Source of the DNA: Prasinococcaceae sp. CCMP 1430
Lineage: Eukaryota; Plantae; Prasinodermophyta
Assembly: GCA_013416795.1 (NCBI GenBank)
Contig: RQSC01000017.1
Span: 41,576 to 105,575 of the forward strand
Reading direction: 5' to 3'
DNA length: 64,000 nt
A program made the translations under genes and the position numbers. The first letter of the stretch is position 1. Each line of letters begins with the position of its first letter. Shown here piece after piece: positions 10,703 to 21,058 of the stretch. The notes beneath the pieces were generated by a model, which did no database searches, had not been told where the DNA came from, and saw only the letters and a list, made by a program, of their open reading frames with translations.

Positions 10703-11632
10703 GTGGCCGCCGCCAGGTCGGCCAGGGCGCAGGTGCAGGCGCCCAACGAGCAGCGGCTGCTGGTGGGCCCGCGCGGCGTCGTCGTCGGCGCGGCGGGCGG
10801 GAGCTTCCTGCCGGCGGCGCTCGCGCTGCCGTGCCCGCGCACGGGCGCGGCGCTCGCGTGCTTCCTGTCGGAGGGCGGCGAGGAGCTCGTCGAGGTGGTG
10901 CGCTTCAAGGACCCGTACACAAGCTGGCTCGTCGGCGAGTCCGTCGTGAGCGACGGCTCGCTGTACTGCCTGAGCCCGATCGACGCGGCCGGCCTGCTCT
11001 ACCCCGCGCTGCGAGCGGCGCGCGCGCGCAGTGGCGGGTTCGAGTCGGCCGAGCAGCTGCTCGAGGACACCGTGGAGGGCTTCCCGGACGTGGGCAAGCT
11101 CGCCGCGGCGAAGTGCGGGCTGGCGGCCATTGAGGCGCTGTGCGAGGCCAAGCACGTGGGCGGGGAGAGCTACTACAGGCTGTGCGATAAGCGCTGCCTC
11201 GCATGGGCGCTCTGCAAGGCGGATGACGCTCTGGAGGCGCTCAAGAGCTCAGAGGGCGGCAAGGCGCTCGCGGCGCTGCCCGAGACGCAGCTCCGGGCGT
11301 ACGCTGTGGGAATGCTGGAGGAGTACATGCCCGCGCGGCTCCACACCGAGCTACGCGAGCACCTGGGCGTGCCCAAGGAAGTGGAGGTGGCCAAAGCGGA
11401 CGGCGGCGCTGGCACCAGCGCCAATCCGTTCGCGGGGCTTGCGCCCGAGGCAGCGCCTAGGGAGGCCTTCGACGACGTGGGCGCCGAGGAGCGCGCCGCA
11501 GACGCCCGCAAGGCGCGCGAACGCGCCGCGGCGGCCGCGAAGCGCGAGGAGACAAAGGCGGAGAAGGCGCGCCGTGAGAGCGCGGGGATGAAGTCGATCT
11601 CGAGCTTCTTCGCAAAGAAGCCCAAGAAATAG
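10703..11632 (+). CDS. RNASEH2B: Ribonuclease H2 subunit B (start not resolved; frame open back to n at 10587)
   Basis: ELVEVVRFKDPYTSWLVGESVVSDGSLYCLSPID, YYRLCDKRCLAW, C-terminal PIP box MKSISSFF followed by KKPKK. Confidence 0.9.
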   Translation: MAAARSARAQVQAPNEQRLLVGPRGVVVGAAGGSFLPAALALPCPRTGAALACFLSEGGEELVEVVRFKDPYTSWLVGESVVSDGSLYCLSPIDAAGLLYPALRAARARSGGFESAEQLLEDTVEGFPDVGKLAAAKCGLAAIEALCEAKHVGGESYYRLCDKRCLAWALCKADDALEALKSSEGGKALAALPETQLRAYAVGMLEEYMPARLHTELREHLGVPKEVEVAKADGGAGTSANPFAGLAPEAAPREAFDDVGAEERAADARKARERAAAAAKREETKAEKARRESAGMKSISSFFAKKPKK

Positions 11633-11763
11633 CTCCCTCCCTCCCCTGCGCACAGGGTGACGTCGGCATATCAGCGTGATTTTAATTGAGAGTACAAAAT
11701 AGGATACACAGCAGGCGCGGAACACGGCGATGTTGAGGGCCCCGCGGGCGACGCACGCACCCA

Positions 11764-14700
11764 TCACATGAGTGGCGCGCGCTCTCGGGCGTCCGCCTTG
11801 AGCAGCACGTCGAGCATCGTCCCTGGCACGAGGCGGCTTACGTCCTCGTCGTCGCCCACGAGCACTGCAGCGGGGGCGAGGCGCAGGCGGCGCGACCGTC
11901 AGCGCGCGCGCCGCGCGCGCGCCCACCATCCGCGCGAGCCTTTGCGCCGCGGAAGCGCAACGCACCGTCGTTGCCCTTGGTAATCTGGACGACCTGCAAC
12001 GGCCTGACGCCGAACTTGATGGCGACCTCCTCTCGCAAGTCTTCGTAGGTCCGCATACCATAGGGGATCTCGCGGTAGTACTTGTCGCCTGGGCATCGCA
12101 CTGAGGTTCACCACGCCGCGCGGAGCGCGCGCGTCAGCGCACGAGCGCGCCACAGTGGCCGCGCCGCCAAGCGCGCGATCGAGCGCGCGCGCGCAAACGC
12201 ACCCCGCAGGGCCGCCATCGGGTCGTCACCCTTGTCCAGCGCCGCGGGCTTGGTCGACACCCGTCTAGACGAGTCGATGATCTCCGCCGCGTCGTCGGGC
12301 GTGAGAACGCCGGCCTCCTGCAGCTCGGTGAACAGGCGCGTCTTCATGTTGTCCGGCCGCAAGCGCGCGGGCTCCGATGCCTTGCGTGTGATCTGCATGT
12401 ACGCGCTCAGCAGGAAGCCGTGCTTGATATCGTACAGAAGCTCGATCTTTAGAACGTAGCCCTCCCACTTCAGGGTATCGGCGTCCGCCCAAATCACCTT
12501 CTGCAACGCCGTCATGCGGTCCGCATCGCCGTCCTCTGCCTGAATGGGCTTCTGCGCCAGATACTCCTCCATGGCCATGAGATCGATTGGCTTGTTGACC
12601 TTGATGCGGTAGGTGATGACGCCTCCTACTTTGTCGTTCAGGTGGCGCAAGAGCTTGAATACGATGCTGCCCACCAAGCCCCAGGTCAGCATGGACACGA
12701 TGAACCACACCATGGGCTGCCAGACAGAAGGCCGTCGAGGGGAAGCAAGAGCGCGCAGCGAGTGTCAGCGGCACTCCAGCACGCTCGAGCGCGTCGCCTC
12801 GCCGAGTGTGCGCCACGGCGCTCACGGGCGCAGGATGTACCCGGCATTGTAGCCCGCTCGTCGGTTTCTCTCAGACGGCGGACTGTTCGATGCCGGGCGC
12901 GCGCGTTGCTGCGCTCTGCGTTTGACGCTTCTCTACGAAGGTCGTATCGGGTCCATGCACGGAGACTGTGGTGCACGGCCCTTCTAATACCTTCGATGCA
13001 CCTGGAACGCGGTGCGGCAAATATTCTCGCGCGCACACGCGCGGCAGCGACCCCCCCCCCCCCACACACACACACACACCCCGGGCGCACTCGCACCTTG
13101 TTCATTAGTGGCTCTACGATCCACATGCGTCCCCACTCGGTATGAACGACCGACCACTCGCCGGTGAGGCGATCGAGCAGCTCGAAGGCCAGCGAGCCGG
13201 CGAAGATAACTTGCATGACGTCCAGGCTGGTGCTCTGTCTCTCGTTGTTCTTGAGTTGCACGAGCATGTCAGCGCTGTTGCCGCGGATCTCCTCTTGCAG
13301 CTTGAACATCTGGTTCTCCGACACCGTGTCCGTCATGTTTCGCAGGCCATCCACCTCGTGCCGCGCGCCCTGCAGGATTTTCTCCATGTCCTCAATCCTC
13401 GTCCTGCGCGCGCGGCCGTTTGGGTGCGCGTGTTAGCTGGCAGGTAGCACACGACGGCGCTCATGCGCACGCGCGCGCCAGGCGCGTTCGTGCGAATGCA
13501 CGCACTTGAGATCATCGATCATAATGTCGACGTCGAGGATATCGTACAGGCGCACGCCAGCCGGATCGCTCGGCCGTTGGTAGATTGACCTGTCCTGCGA
13601 GAGCGACTCGGACAGGTACAGCAGAATCTCCTCGAGCAGAATGATGTCCTTGGAGGTCTCACTGATGGTGCGACGGATCCGGGGAATGGAGTTGGGGTCA
13701 CGCTCGTACTCGTTGATCATCTTGCGTGTCGTCTTGAGAGTGTCGTCGACGATGAAAAGGCGGCTGAACAGATTCTGCACGAAGACGTCGCGCGAGCGCA
13801 ACGAGAGGAAGGCAAGCAGGACAGGCTCGTTGAGTTTGGCGTTTGGCCCAGTGACCATGATACCGTGCGAGCCGGTCACGATAACGTCCTCATCAGTAAG
13901 ATCGTACCCTTCGTAGGTGTCGCCAAGCACCTGCCGAATCTCATTCTCGAAGGCATCGCGGTCCATGTACTGGGCGGCGCGCCGCTTAGGCAGCACGCGC
14001 TCCGCGATGATGCAGTTTACCTTGTCGCGGCACTCGGTGTTGCCGAGAAAGACCATATCGAGCAGGTCGCGCTGGTGGTTGCTGATGAGGCTCTCCATGA
14101 TCTTGCTCGAATCGATGTGCACGTCGACCAGCAGGCGCGCCAAGTTGTCGAGGGAGATGTTCTCTAGGATGCGGTCCATGACGGCTTCGATGAGCATGCC
14201 GTACACGAGCGTGCCGTCGAGGCGAGCGTGGATGCCAAAGCACTCGATCTGGACGATGCCCTCCTCCTCCGGGAAGTACACCTCGGCCTCGATGTTGGTA
14301 AATCGCGTAAGGTCATAGTCGACGATTCTCACCTGCGTCAGGCCCGTGGGCACCTCGAACTGCGTCGCAGTGGAGTTCTGGTCGACAGTCGATGTGAAGT
14401 AGCCCCCCTGGCAGCGCTCGTTCGCTCCGAGTTTGATGTTGAGCTCGACGATCTGGTTGGCTCCGAACGGCAGCCACTCGCCGACGAGAATGGTCACGTT
14501 CGACAGGGTGATGACCTCATCGAGATCGTCGCGGATGGTGCTCACCTTGCCGGCCGACTCATGGGCGCGGTGGGCATTCGATGAGAGCGAAGGTCCGCCA
14601 GGCCGGCGGAGCGTGCGCGGGATGTGCGGGCTGCTGACATAGCTGACATCCTCGCATTCCGTGATTGTCGACTCGCGCGACACGAGGTCGTTGCGAAGGA

Positions 14701-16043
14701 GGAAAGTCCCCTCCTCCCACGCTACCTGCAGCTGCTGGCCATCGATGAAAATGAAGTCGTCAACTAACTGGCGCTCCTCGTCAGGCAGCCGTTTCGAGAT
14801 CATGTTGACGCCGGCGAGCGTGATCTGGTACGCTGTCACGCTCTGGTGCTCCTTCGTGCTCAGCCGAAGGCCCTTGATCATCCTGCCCTCGGTCAGGTCG
14901 TCGAGGTCATCCTTGCCCTCCTGCGAGATGTTGATGTACACGCGCCGCGCCTCGATGACCTCAGAGGAGGGCGCGTAATCGTAGTCAAACACTTTTTGGA
15001 CCACGCCCTCGTAGATGAGAACCAGCAGCGGCAGCTTGCGAATCCAGCGCTCCTTGTCGTGCACCGACTGCGCGAAGTGGCTGTAGCGGCTGATGAGGTA
15101 CATCAGCTTCAGGTGATTCATCGTCCAGTAGTCGTCGGGCTTCTCGTGCCTATCCTTGACTTGCGGGATGGCGCCGGCCGCCCGCTGCTGCGTCGCCAGC
15201 TGACTGTCGGCGAAAGGCGACGTGAGCATGCTCGCCCCCAACCCGCCGGGCAGTTGCGATCTTTCCTGGCCCGACGCCGCCACCAGGGCTCCTGCTGCCA
15301 TCGCATCCGCCACACCCGGCGGCGCCGCAGACTGCAAGAACGCGCGCTTCTCGGGCATCATTCCCAGCAAGTTCGCCTGCCCGTCCGCAGCGCCTTGCCC
15401 TGCGCCGGCGAGGTTGGGCGCACCCCGCAGCTGTGACAGCGGGGGCCTCCTCGGCGGCCGCGCAGCGACCGGCGGCGGCAGCGTCAAGAGAGCATCCAGG
15501 TCCTCCTGCTGCTTCGCACGTTGCTCTCCGGCCACCTCGAGCGCGCTGCGCGACTGAGGGTCACTCTGAGGCGGCGAGCCCACCGACCCGGGCGGGACGG
15601 CGCCGCGCTGCCCAGCCGGCTGCCCGCCAGTGGCCTGCTGCCGCTGCTGCTGCTGGGCAGCTGCGCTCGGCACGCCCGCGCCGCTCGCCAGCGATCTCGG
15701 GGGGCCGAAGGCGCCTGCCCCTGGGATTTCGGCGCCCAGCTTGCGCTGGGGCAGCGCTTCGCTCGTTGCGGCCTCCGTCTCCTCGGAGCGCAGCGGGTTG
15801 CTCACCGTCCCGGTTGCCTGCGGCACCAGCGCAGCAATGCCCCCGACGCCCGGCGTCGCCGTCTGCGAGGCGGACGCTCCGAAACCGCCACGCCTGCCAG
15901 CCATGCCCAGCCCCGACAGCATGCTCGCGAGCGAGCCGTCGCTGGCGCCTGCCGCAGCGGACGCAGACGCGGCTTGGGCGCGCCCGCTCGCCGCAGCCGC
16001 TGCGGTCGTCGCAGCGGTGGCAGCAGCGGCGGGTCCGAGCGCC
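11764..16043 (-). CDS. Large uncharacterised membrane protein: low-complexity N-terminus, wHTH-like region, coiled coil plus 2 TM (CorA-like layout), C-terminal ubiquitin-like fold (exons 16043-13506, 13403-13097, 12716-12203, 12100-11966, 11864-11764; first exon unresolved)
   Basis: Continuous protein after splicing at GT..AG sites with CTAAC/CTGAC-type branch points. Motifs LPLLVLIYEGVVQKVFDYDYAP, NISQEGKDDLDDL, TAYQITLAG. TMs VMQVIFAGSLAFELL and MVWFIVSMLTWGLVGSIVF. Tail TYEDLREEVAIKFGV...DDEDVSRL. Confidence 0.75.
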
Positions 16044-16207
16044 CTAGGCTCCCGTGTCACGGGCACCACGCGCTCGCGCTCGCCGCGACCAGATCCTGCC
16101 CTTGCTGGGGGGCAGAGCGGAGCTCGCGTCCGCCCCGCACCCACCCTCCCGCGTTGCCCGCCCGACCGCCCTGTGGCGCACCACCCCACCCCACCCCACC
16201 CCATGCC

Positions 16208-18958
16208 ATGCGCGCGCAAACAAACCCGCAAAAGCAAGCAAAAAAAATCAAACGCGCGCGCGCGCGCTCCACCGGCCCGCAGGTCAAAACGAGTGCGTTC
16301 GAACGGGCGAGCGCCCCGGGCGCGTCGCGCTGCTTCATTGCCACGCCACACCGAGGCGGCCGTTGGGTGCAGATACGTGGAATGTATCATGTATATATCA
16401 CCCCACGGGCGACTTCTTTGTGCTTTTTGATGTGCGCGTGCGTGCTTGCGTGCGCGCGTTGGGTGGGTGACGCGGCGGGCGACGGCGGCAACGGCAGCAG
16501 CAGCAGCGACGGCGACGGCCATGGCGGCAAGGGGGAGGGCGTGTCGGACGCAGCCATGCGCGTGCGCGCGCTGCGCCTGGAGACCGCCCTCGCCGCGCAG
16601 CGCGACGCGTACTACAACCGCGGCGGAGGCGCGCTCTCCGACGACGCCTTCGACGCGCTCGCGGCGGAGCTCGACGCGCTGCGCTCAGAGCTGGGCGAGG
16701 GCGGTGCGGCCGCGCCCGTCGGTGCGGCCGTCTCCGAGGGCGCGGCCAAGTTCCGACACGCGGAGAAGATGCTCTCGCTGCAGGCCGTCAAGACTCGCCT
16801 CGACCTCGAGAGGTGGCGCGCCGCTTCGCTCGCGCGCCTCGCAAGGGCACACAAGAGGGAGGCGGAGCGCGCCGGGGACGAGCTCGTCGAGGGCGCCGGC
16901 CGCGCGCAGCATGCGCCCAGCGAGGGCGGCGGAGACGGCGGTGAGGGCGCACATCCGGTGCGCTGGGTGGTCGAGCCCAAAATCGACGGGCTCGCCGTCG
17001 CCCTGCACTACGTCGACGGGCAGCTGGTCGCGGCGGCGACGCGGGGCGACGGCACGGTCGGCGAGCTGGTGACGCGAAACGCTGCGGCCGCGGCCGGCGT
17101 GCCAGCCGCCCTCGGCGCCGACGGCGCTGACGGCCGGCCGCCGCGCCTGCTTGAGGTCCGCGGAGAAATCCTCATGACGCGGTCAGCGCTCGAGCGGTAC
17201 AACGCCGCTGCGGAGGCCGCTGGCGAGGCCGTGCTGGCCAACGCGCGCAATGCCGCGAGCGGCTCGCTGAGGCTGCTCGACGAGGAGCAGGCGGGGAAGC
17301 GCGAGCTGTCGTTCTTCGCGTATGCCATGCACCTGCCCCCGGGTGAGAATGAGCGAGAGCGCGGGGCGCTCGGAGACAGCGGATTCGATGACGGCGGCGA
17401 CGGCGTGCGCGTGTCGAGCGGCGGCGGCGCAAGCCGGGCGCTGAGGTCTCAGGAGGAGACGCTACGATGGCTCGCGGCTGTGGGCTTCGCGACCGCCCCG
17501 GGGTGGTCTGCGCACGAGTCGTTCGAGGCCGCCGCCGACGCCGCCGAGGCACTCATCGCCGCGCGCGACGAGTGCGACTTCGACACGGACGGCGCCGTGC
17601 TGAAGATGGACAGCGCCGAGACGCAGCGGTTGATGGGATCGACGTCTTCCGACCCGCGATGGGCGGTGGCGCTCAAGCCGCCCGCGCGGCAGGCCACGTC
17701 CGTGCTCGAGAACCTGAGCGTGGCGGTGGGGCGCACGGGCCACGTGGTGCCCGTTGCGCGCGTGCGCCCGGTAGAGATCGGCGGCGCGCTCATCTCGCGC
17801 ACGACCCTGCACAACGTCGGCCACGCTCTGCGCATGGGCGTGCGCGAGGGCGACACGGTCGTGATTGAGCGCGCCGGCGATGTTATCCCGCGCGTACTTG
17901 GACCGGTCGAAGGGCTTCGGGGCGAGCAGGCGGACGGCTTCGTCGCGCCCTCCAAGTGCCCTGGCTGCGGCAGCGTCCTGCACGTCGAGCAACACGGCCC
18001 TGTTCTACCCGAGTGGGAGCGGGTTGTCGCAGCCGCTGGCGGCGATGTCAGCGTCGAGGACAGGGGCGAGGAAGACGGTGAGATGGACGAAAGCGATGGG
18101 CAGAGCGTGCTCACCATGTGGTGCCGCAACGTGCAGTGCCCCTTGCGCACTGGCCGCGCGCTGCAGCACTTCGCCCGGGCACTGAAGGCAGGCATCGGCG
18201 AGAATACGGTGGAGCTAATGGTGGAGGCCGGCATCGTGTCATCGCCACCCGACTTCTTTCGCCTGGCCGCCCACCGCGAGGCCATTGAGGCCCTGCCGCG
18301 CATGGGTGAGCAGCGCGTGAATCGCATCCTCGGCCTGCTGGATGACGCAAAGGTGCGCATGACGCCAGCCGACACCATTGCGGCGTTGGGTATCCCGGGC
18401 ATCTCCAATGCGCTGGCGGCGCGCCTGGCTGTGCAAGTTGGCACCCTTGCGGGGCTCGCCGAGGCAGACATGGCGGACATTGAGCTGGACGGCGCAGGCG
18501 AGGCGTCCGTTGCGAAAGGCAAGCTCGTGGCGTGGATGGACGCCAACCGTGCCATGGTTCGTGATCTGGCGGCGTGCGGGCTGGGCGCGAGAGACCCCGT
18601 CGCGCCGGCGGGCTCGCTTCGCTCTGGTCTGAGCGCCAACGCCACGGCCACAGCACGTGCGAGCATCGTTGAGGGGGGCAACGCGCGCTCGGGCCCGTGG
18701 GCTGGCAAGCGCGTGCGCATCACGGGCGCAATTGAGGGGCACACGCGCGCGACGGCTGCCGCAGTGGCGGAGGCGCTCGGCGCGAGGGTAGTTTCCTCGG
18801 GCGCGCGGCCCGACGTCGTGGTCGCGGGTGCAAAGCCCGGGAGCGCAGCCACGAAGTGGCCCGAGGCGTCGGTCGTGCTCGCGGCCGACTTCCTCGCACT
18901 CGCATCCGAGCACCTCAAGCCCACTCCACCCCCGGAAGAGCATGCGGGCGACGAGTAA
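16208..18958 (+). CDS. ligA: NAD+-dependent DNA ligase (bacterial LigA type), intronless, probable organelle-targeting N-terminal extension (start uncertain)
   Basis: Domain Ia RDAYYN...LSDDAFDAL; motif I EPKIDGLA; TRGDGTVGE; EVRGEIL; NARNAASGSLR; DTDGAVLK; PRWAVALK; VGRTG..VPVA; TLHN; RAGDVIP; C4 Zn finger CPGC..CRNVQC; HhH ALGIPGI; BRCT GKRVRITGAI..VVVAGAKPGS. Confidence 0.95.
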   Translation: MRAQTNPQKQAKKIKRARARSTGPQVKTSAFERASAPGASRCFIATPHRGGRWVQIRGMYHVYITPRATSLCFLMCACVLACARWVGDAAGDGGNGSSSSDGDGHGGKGEGVSDAAMRVRALRLETALAAQRDAYYNRGGGALSDDAFDALAAELDALRSELGEGGAAAPVGAAVSEGAAKFRHAEKMLSLQAVKTRLDLERWRAASLARLARAHKREAERAGDELVEGAGRAQHAPSEGGGDGGEGAHPVRWVVEPKIDGLAVALHYVDGQLVAAATRGDGTVGELVTRNAAAAAGVPAALGADGADGRPPRLLEVRGEILMTRSALERYNAAAEAAGEAVLANARNAASGSLRLLDEEQAGKRELSFFAYAMHLPPGENERERGALGDSGFDDGGDGVRVSSGGGASRALRSQEETLRWLAAVGFATAPGWSAHESFEAAADAAEALIAARDECDFDTDGAVLKMDSAETQRLMGSTSSDPRWAVALKPPARQATSVLENLSVAVGRTGHVVPVARVRPVEIGGALISRTTLHNVGHALRMGVREGDTVVIERAGDVIPRVLGPVEGLRGEQADGFVAPSKCPGCGSVLHVEQHGPVLPEWERVVAAAGGDVSVEDRGEEDGEMDESDGQSVLTMWCRNVQCPLRTGRALQHFARALKAGIGENTVELMVEAGIVSSPPDFFRLAAHREAIEALPRMGEQRVNRILGLLDDAKVRMTPADTIAALGIPGISNALAARLAVQVGTLAGLAEADMADIELDGAGEASVAKGKLVAWMDANRAMVRDLAACGLGARDPVAPAGSLRSGLSANATATARASIVEGGNARSGPWAGKRVRITGAIEGHTRATAAAVAEALGARVVSSGARPDVVVAGAKPGSAATKWPEASVVLAADFLALASEHLKPTPPPEEHAGDE

Positions 18959-19325
18959 TGCCACATGACACAACCTGCTCAAGGCTGCAGGCGCCATCCG
19001 CGGCATCGATGTACACTACAATGGCGCTCAAACACTCTCAGGACTGGTGCGCGCGTCACCTGGCTGTAAAATTCGTTCGTGAAGCACAGCGAATACGTTT
19101 GTCGTGCTCCCAGCGCTCGTCGCAAGGGCTGCTCCATTGCACTCAGGCAGCTGGCAGTCGTGTGGATCTCGCTCAGCGCGCACTGGCGCACGCACGCCAC
19201 GAATCAGTCGAGAGTGCGGGGGATTACTGCGCCCTTCGCATCGCACGGCAGCGTGAGTGAGCTCTCGTGCACATGTCGAAGGCAGCAAGATTGTGTGCGG
19301 GACAGCAAAATTGCCGGCCGCGCGC

Positions 19326-19955
19326 CTACAGATCGGGGTGGACAGTCGTCCACGCCAGCGGCTCGGGCTTCTCCCAAGACACCTCCTTTGTCATCTCGTT
19401 GTTGTAGTAGATGTGGCCACCGTTCTTCTCGCCCTCCGGGATGGTGACCTCCTTCCACGCCTGGCGCTCGTTGGTGGGCTCCCACACGCTCTCGCCGGTG
19501 CTGGGGTCCGTCCAAAAGGTGCGCCCTGTGGCCTCATCCACGGTGCCGAGGTCGGCCGGGCGATCCCACGTCGACTGGCCGGTGATGTCGTTGTGCCAGA
19601 AGGCGCGGCCGGACTTCTTGGACCAGGCCAGCGCCGCGGGCTTCTCCCACGTGGCCTCCTTGGTCACCTCGTTGAAGTAGAATTCGCGTCCGGCGTTCTC
19701 CGCGCCCACGGGCACGGTCGTCGCCATCCAGGCGCTCTCGACCGGCTTGTCCCACGAAGACTTGCCTGTCTTGGGGTCGACAAAGTACTTCTGGCCCGAG
19801 CCACTGGGGTCGTCGTGCCCGAGCACCGCGGGCCGCTCCCAGGTCGACTCGCCCGTCACCGAGTTGTGCCAGAAGTGGTCCTGATCGGCACCAAGCGCGA
19901 GCGACACGAATGCGCACCCGAGCACGCCCGCAAGCGCCAGCGCGGGCCTGCCCAT
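19326..19955 (-). CDS. Signal-peptide protein made of six WW-like repeats, C-terminal HPDL
   Basis: MGRPALALAGVLGCAFVSLALGA signal peptide. Repeats FWHNSVTGESTWERP, YFVDPKTGKSSWDKP, FYFNEVTKEATWEKP, FWHNDITGQSTWDRP, FWTDPSTGESVWEP, YYNNEMTKEVSWEKP. Confidence 0.85.
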   Translation of the reverse strand: MGRPALALAGVLGCAFVSLALGADQDHFWHNSVTGESTWERPAVLGHDDPSGSGQKYFVDPKTGKSSWDKPVESAWMATTVPVGAENAGREFYFNEVTKEATWEKPAALAWSKKSGRAFWHNDITGQSTWDRPADLGTVDEATGRTFWTDPSTGESVWEPTNERQAWKEVTIPEGEKNGGHIYYNNEMTKEVSWEKPEPLAWTTVHPDL

Positions 19956-20201
19956 CGTTGGCTGTGCGCGCACGGCGGAAGGGACCGAGGAAGGGGGGTG
20001 GAGCGAGGGAGATAGGGAAGGGACGTGCGCGTGAGCGGAGCGCACCGAGGTGTCGCAGCGGCGGGCGGGCGGGGCGCGCGTGGGGCGGGTGAGCGGAGCG
20101 CTGCCGCGCGCGAGCTCGAGCGCGAGGAGCTCGTAGCTCTCGCCCGTGACGCGGGTGCGGCGCCCTGCGGCGGCGGCCGGGCGAGGGGACGAGTGCACGA
20201 G

Positions 20202-20727
20202 ATGGCATCGCCCGCGCCCGCGGGCGGCGACCCGCGCCGCCCCGCGGCCGTCCAGAAGTGGGTGGAGCCCGTGTACAAGCAGGAGGACAAGCCAATGGAC
20301 TGGTGAGGCAGGGGCGCTGCGCGTGGGGAGGGGGGCGCCGCATCCACTCGCTCGCTTGCTCGCTCGCTTGCTCGCTCGCTCGCGGATCGTAGTCGTTCGT
20401 CGGGGCTCCGAGCAGAGCGGTGCCCCTGCCCGTGCTCCCAGCGCAGCGCCCAATCGAAGCGCGCGACGCTCGCCGCTGACGTACGCTCCTGCCCAACGCC
20501 ATCCTCGCAGGTTTGCGACCGGCGCGCTGATGATGTCGATGACCGCGATGCTATTGCGGAGCGAGCCCGCGTCATGGGCGGCGCTCTTGCTCACCCTGGG
20601 CAGCCTCGGCAACATGCGCTACAGCGGCGCGGGCGACAGGCAGCAGATTATCACCTCGGCGCTCATGTCGGTCAGTGGCATCGCCTTCCAGCTCTTCAGG
20701 CCTGCCGCCGCGCGCGACAGCGAGTAG
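20202..20727 (+). CDS. WDR83OS: PAT complex subunit Asterix (UPF0139), intron 20303-20510
   Basis: GDPRRP...DW|FATGALMMSMTAMLLRSEPASWAALLLTLGSLGN...QQIITSALMSVSGI matches the Asterix pattern (DPRRP..., LMLK.KW.AW.A, SFAN, KQ..SS.MLS.SA). Confidence 0.85.
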
Positions 20728-21058
20728 GGCCTGCATGGCTGCGAGCTAGTCGCATAATTCCGTACCGTAGAGTCTAATTGCATGCGCGGTGTAGCGAGCG
20801 CGGAGTTGTGTGTCCCAAGCTTGAAGACCACTGCGGTCGTGTGCACACGCACGCGTGTAGACAGGTGTGCAGCCCGGCACGGCGCGGCCCAGCAAAGAAC
20901 GTGGCTGTCGTGGGCACGACACGTGCGCGCGGTCGATAGGACGAACAGGTGGGATGCGTGTGGTGTGTGGGGGGCGATGCGGGGCGTGCGGATGTACAAA
21001 TGGGGGCCGTTACTGTCGTATCGATCAACTGTCCACGCCCCCGCGACCGCGGCCGGAG

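Noticed and set aside
13061-13080. Poly-C/(CA)n tract as a functional element
   Set aside because: Ordinary intronic microsatellite.
16208-18958. ligA as bacterial contamination or prophage
   Set aside because: No gap at either flank, host-like GC and codon use, eukaryotic neighbours, no other bacterial or phage genes.
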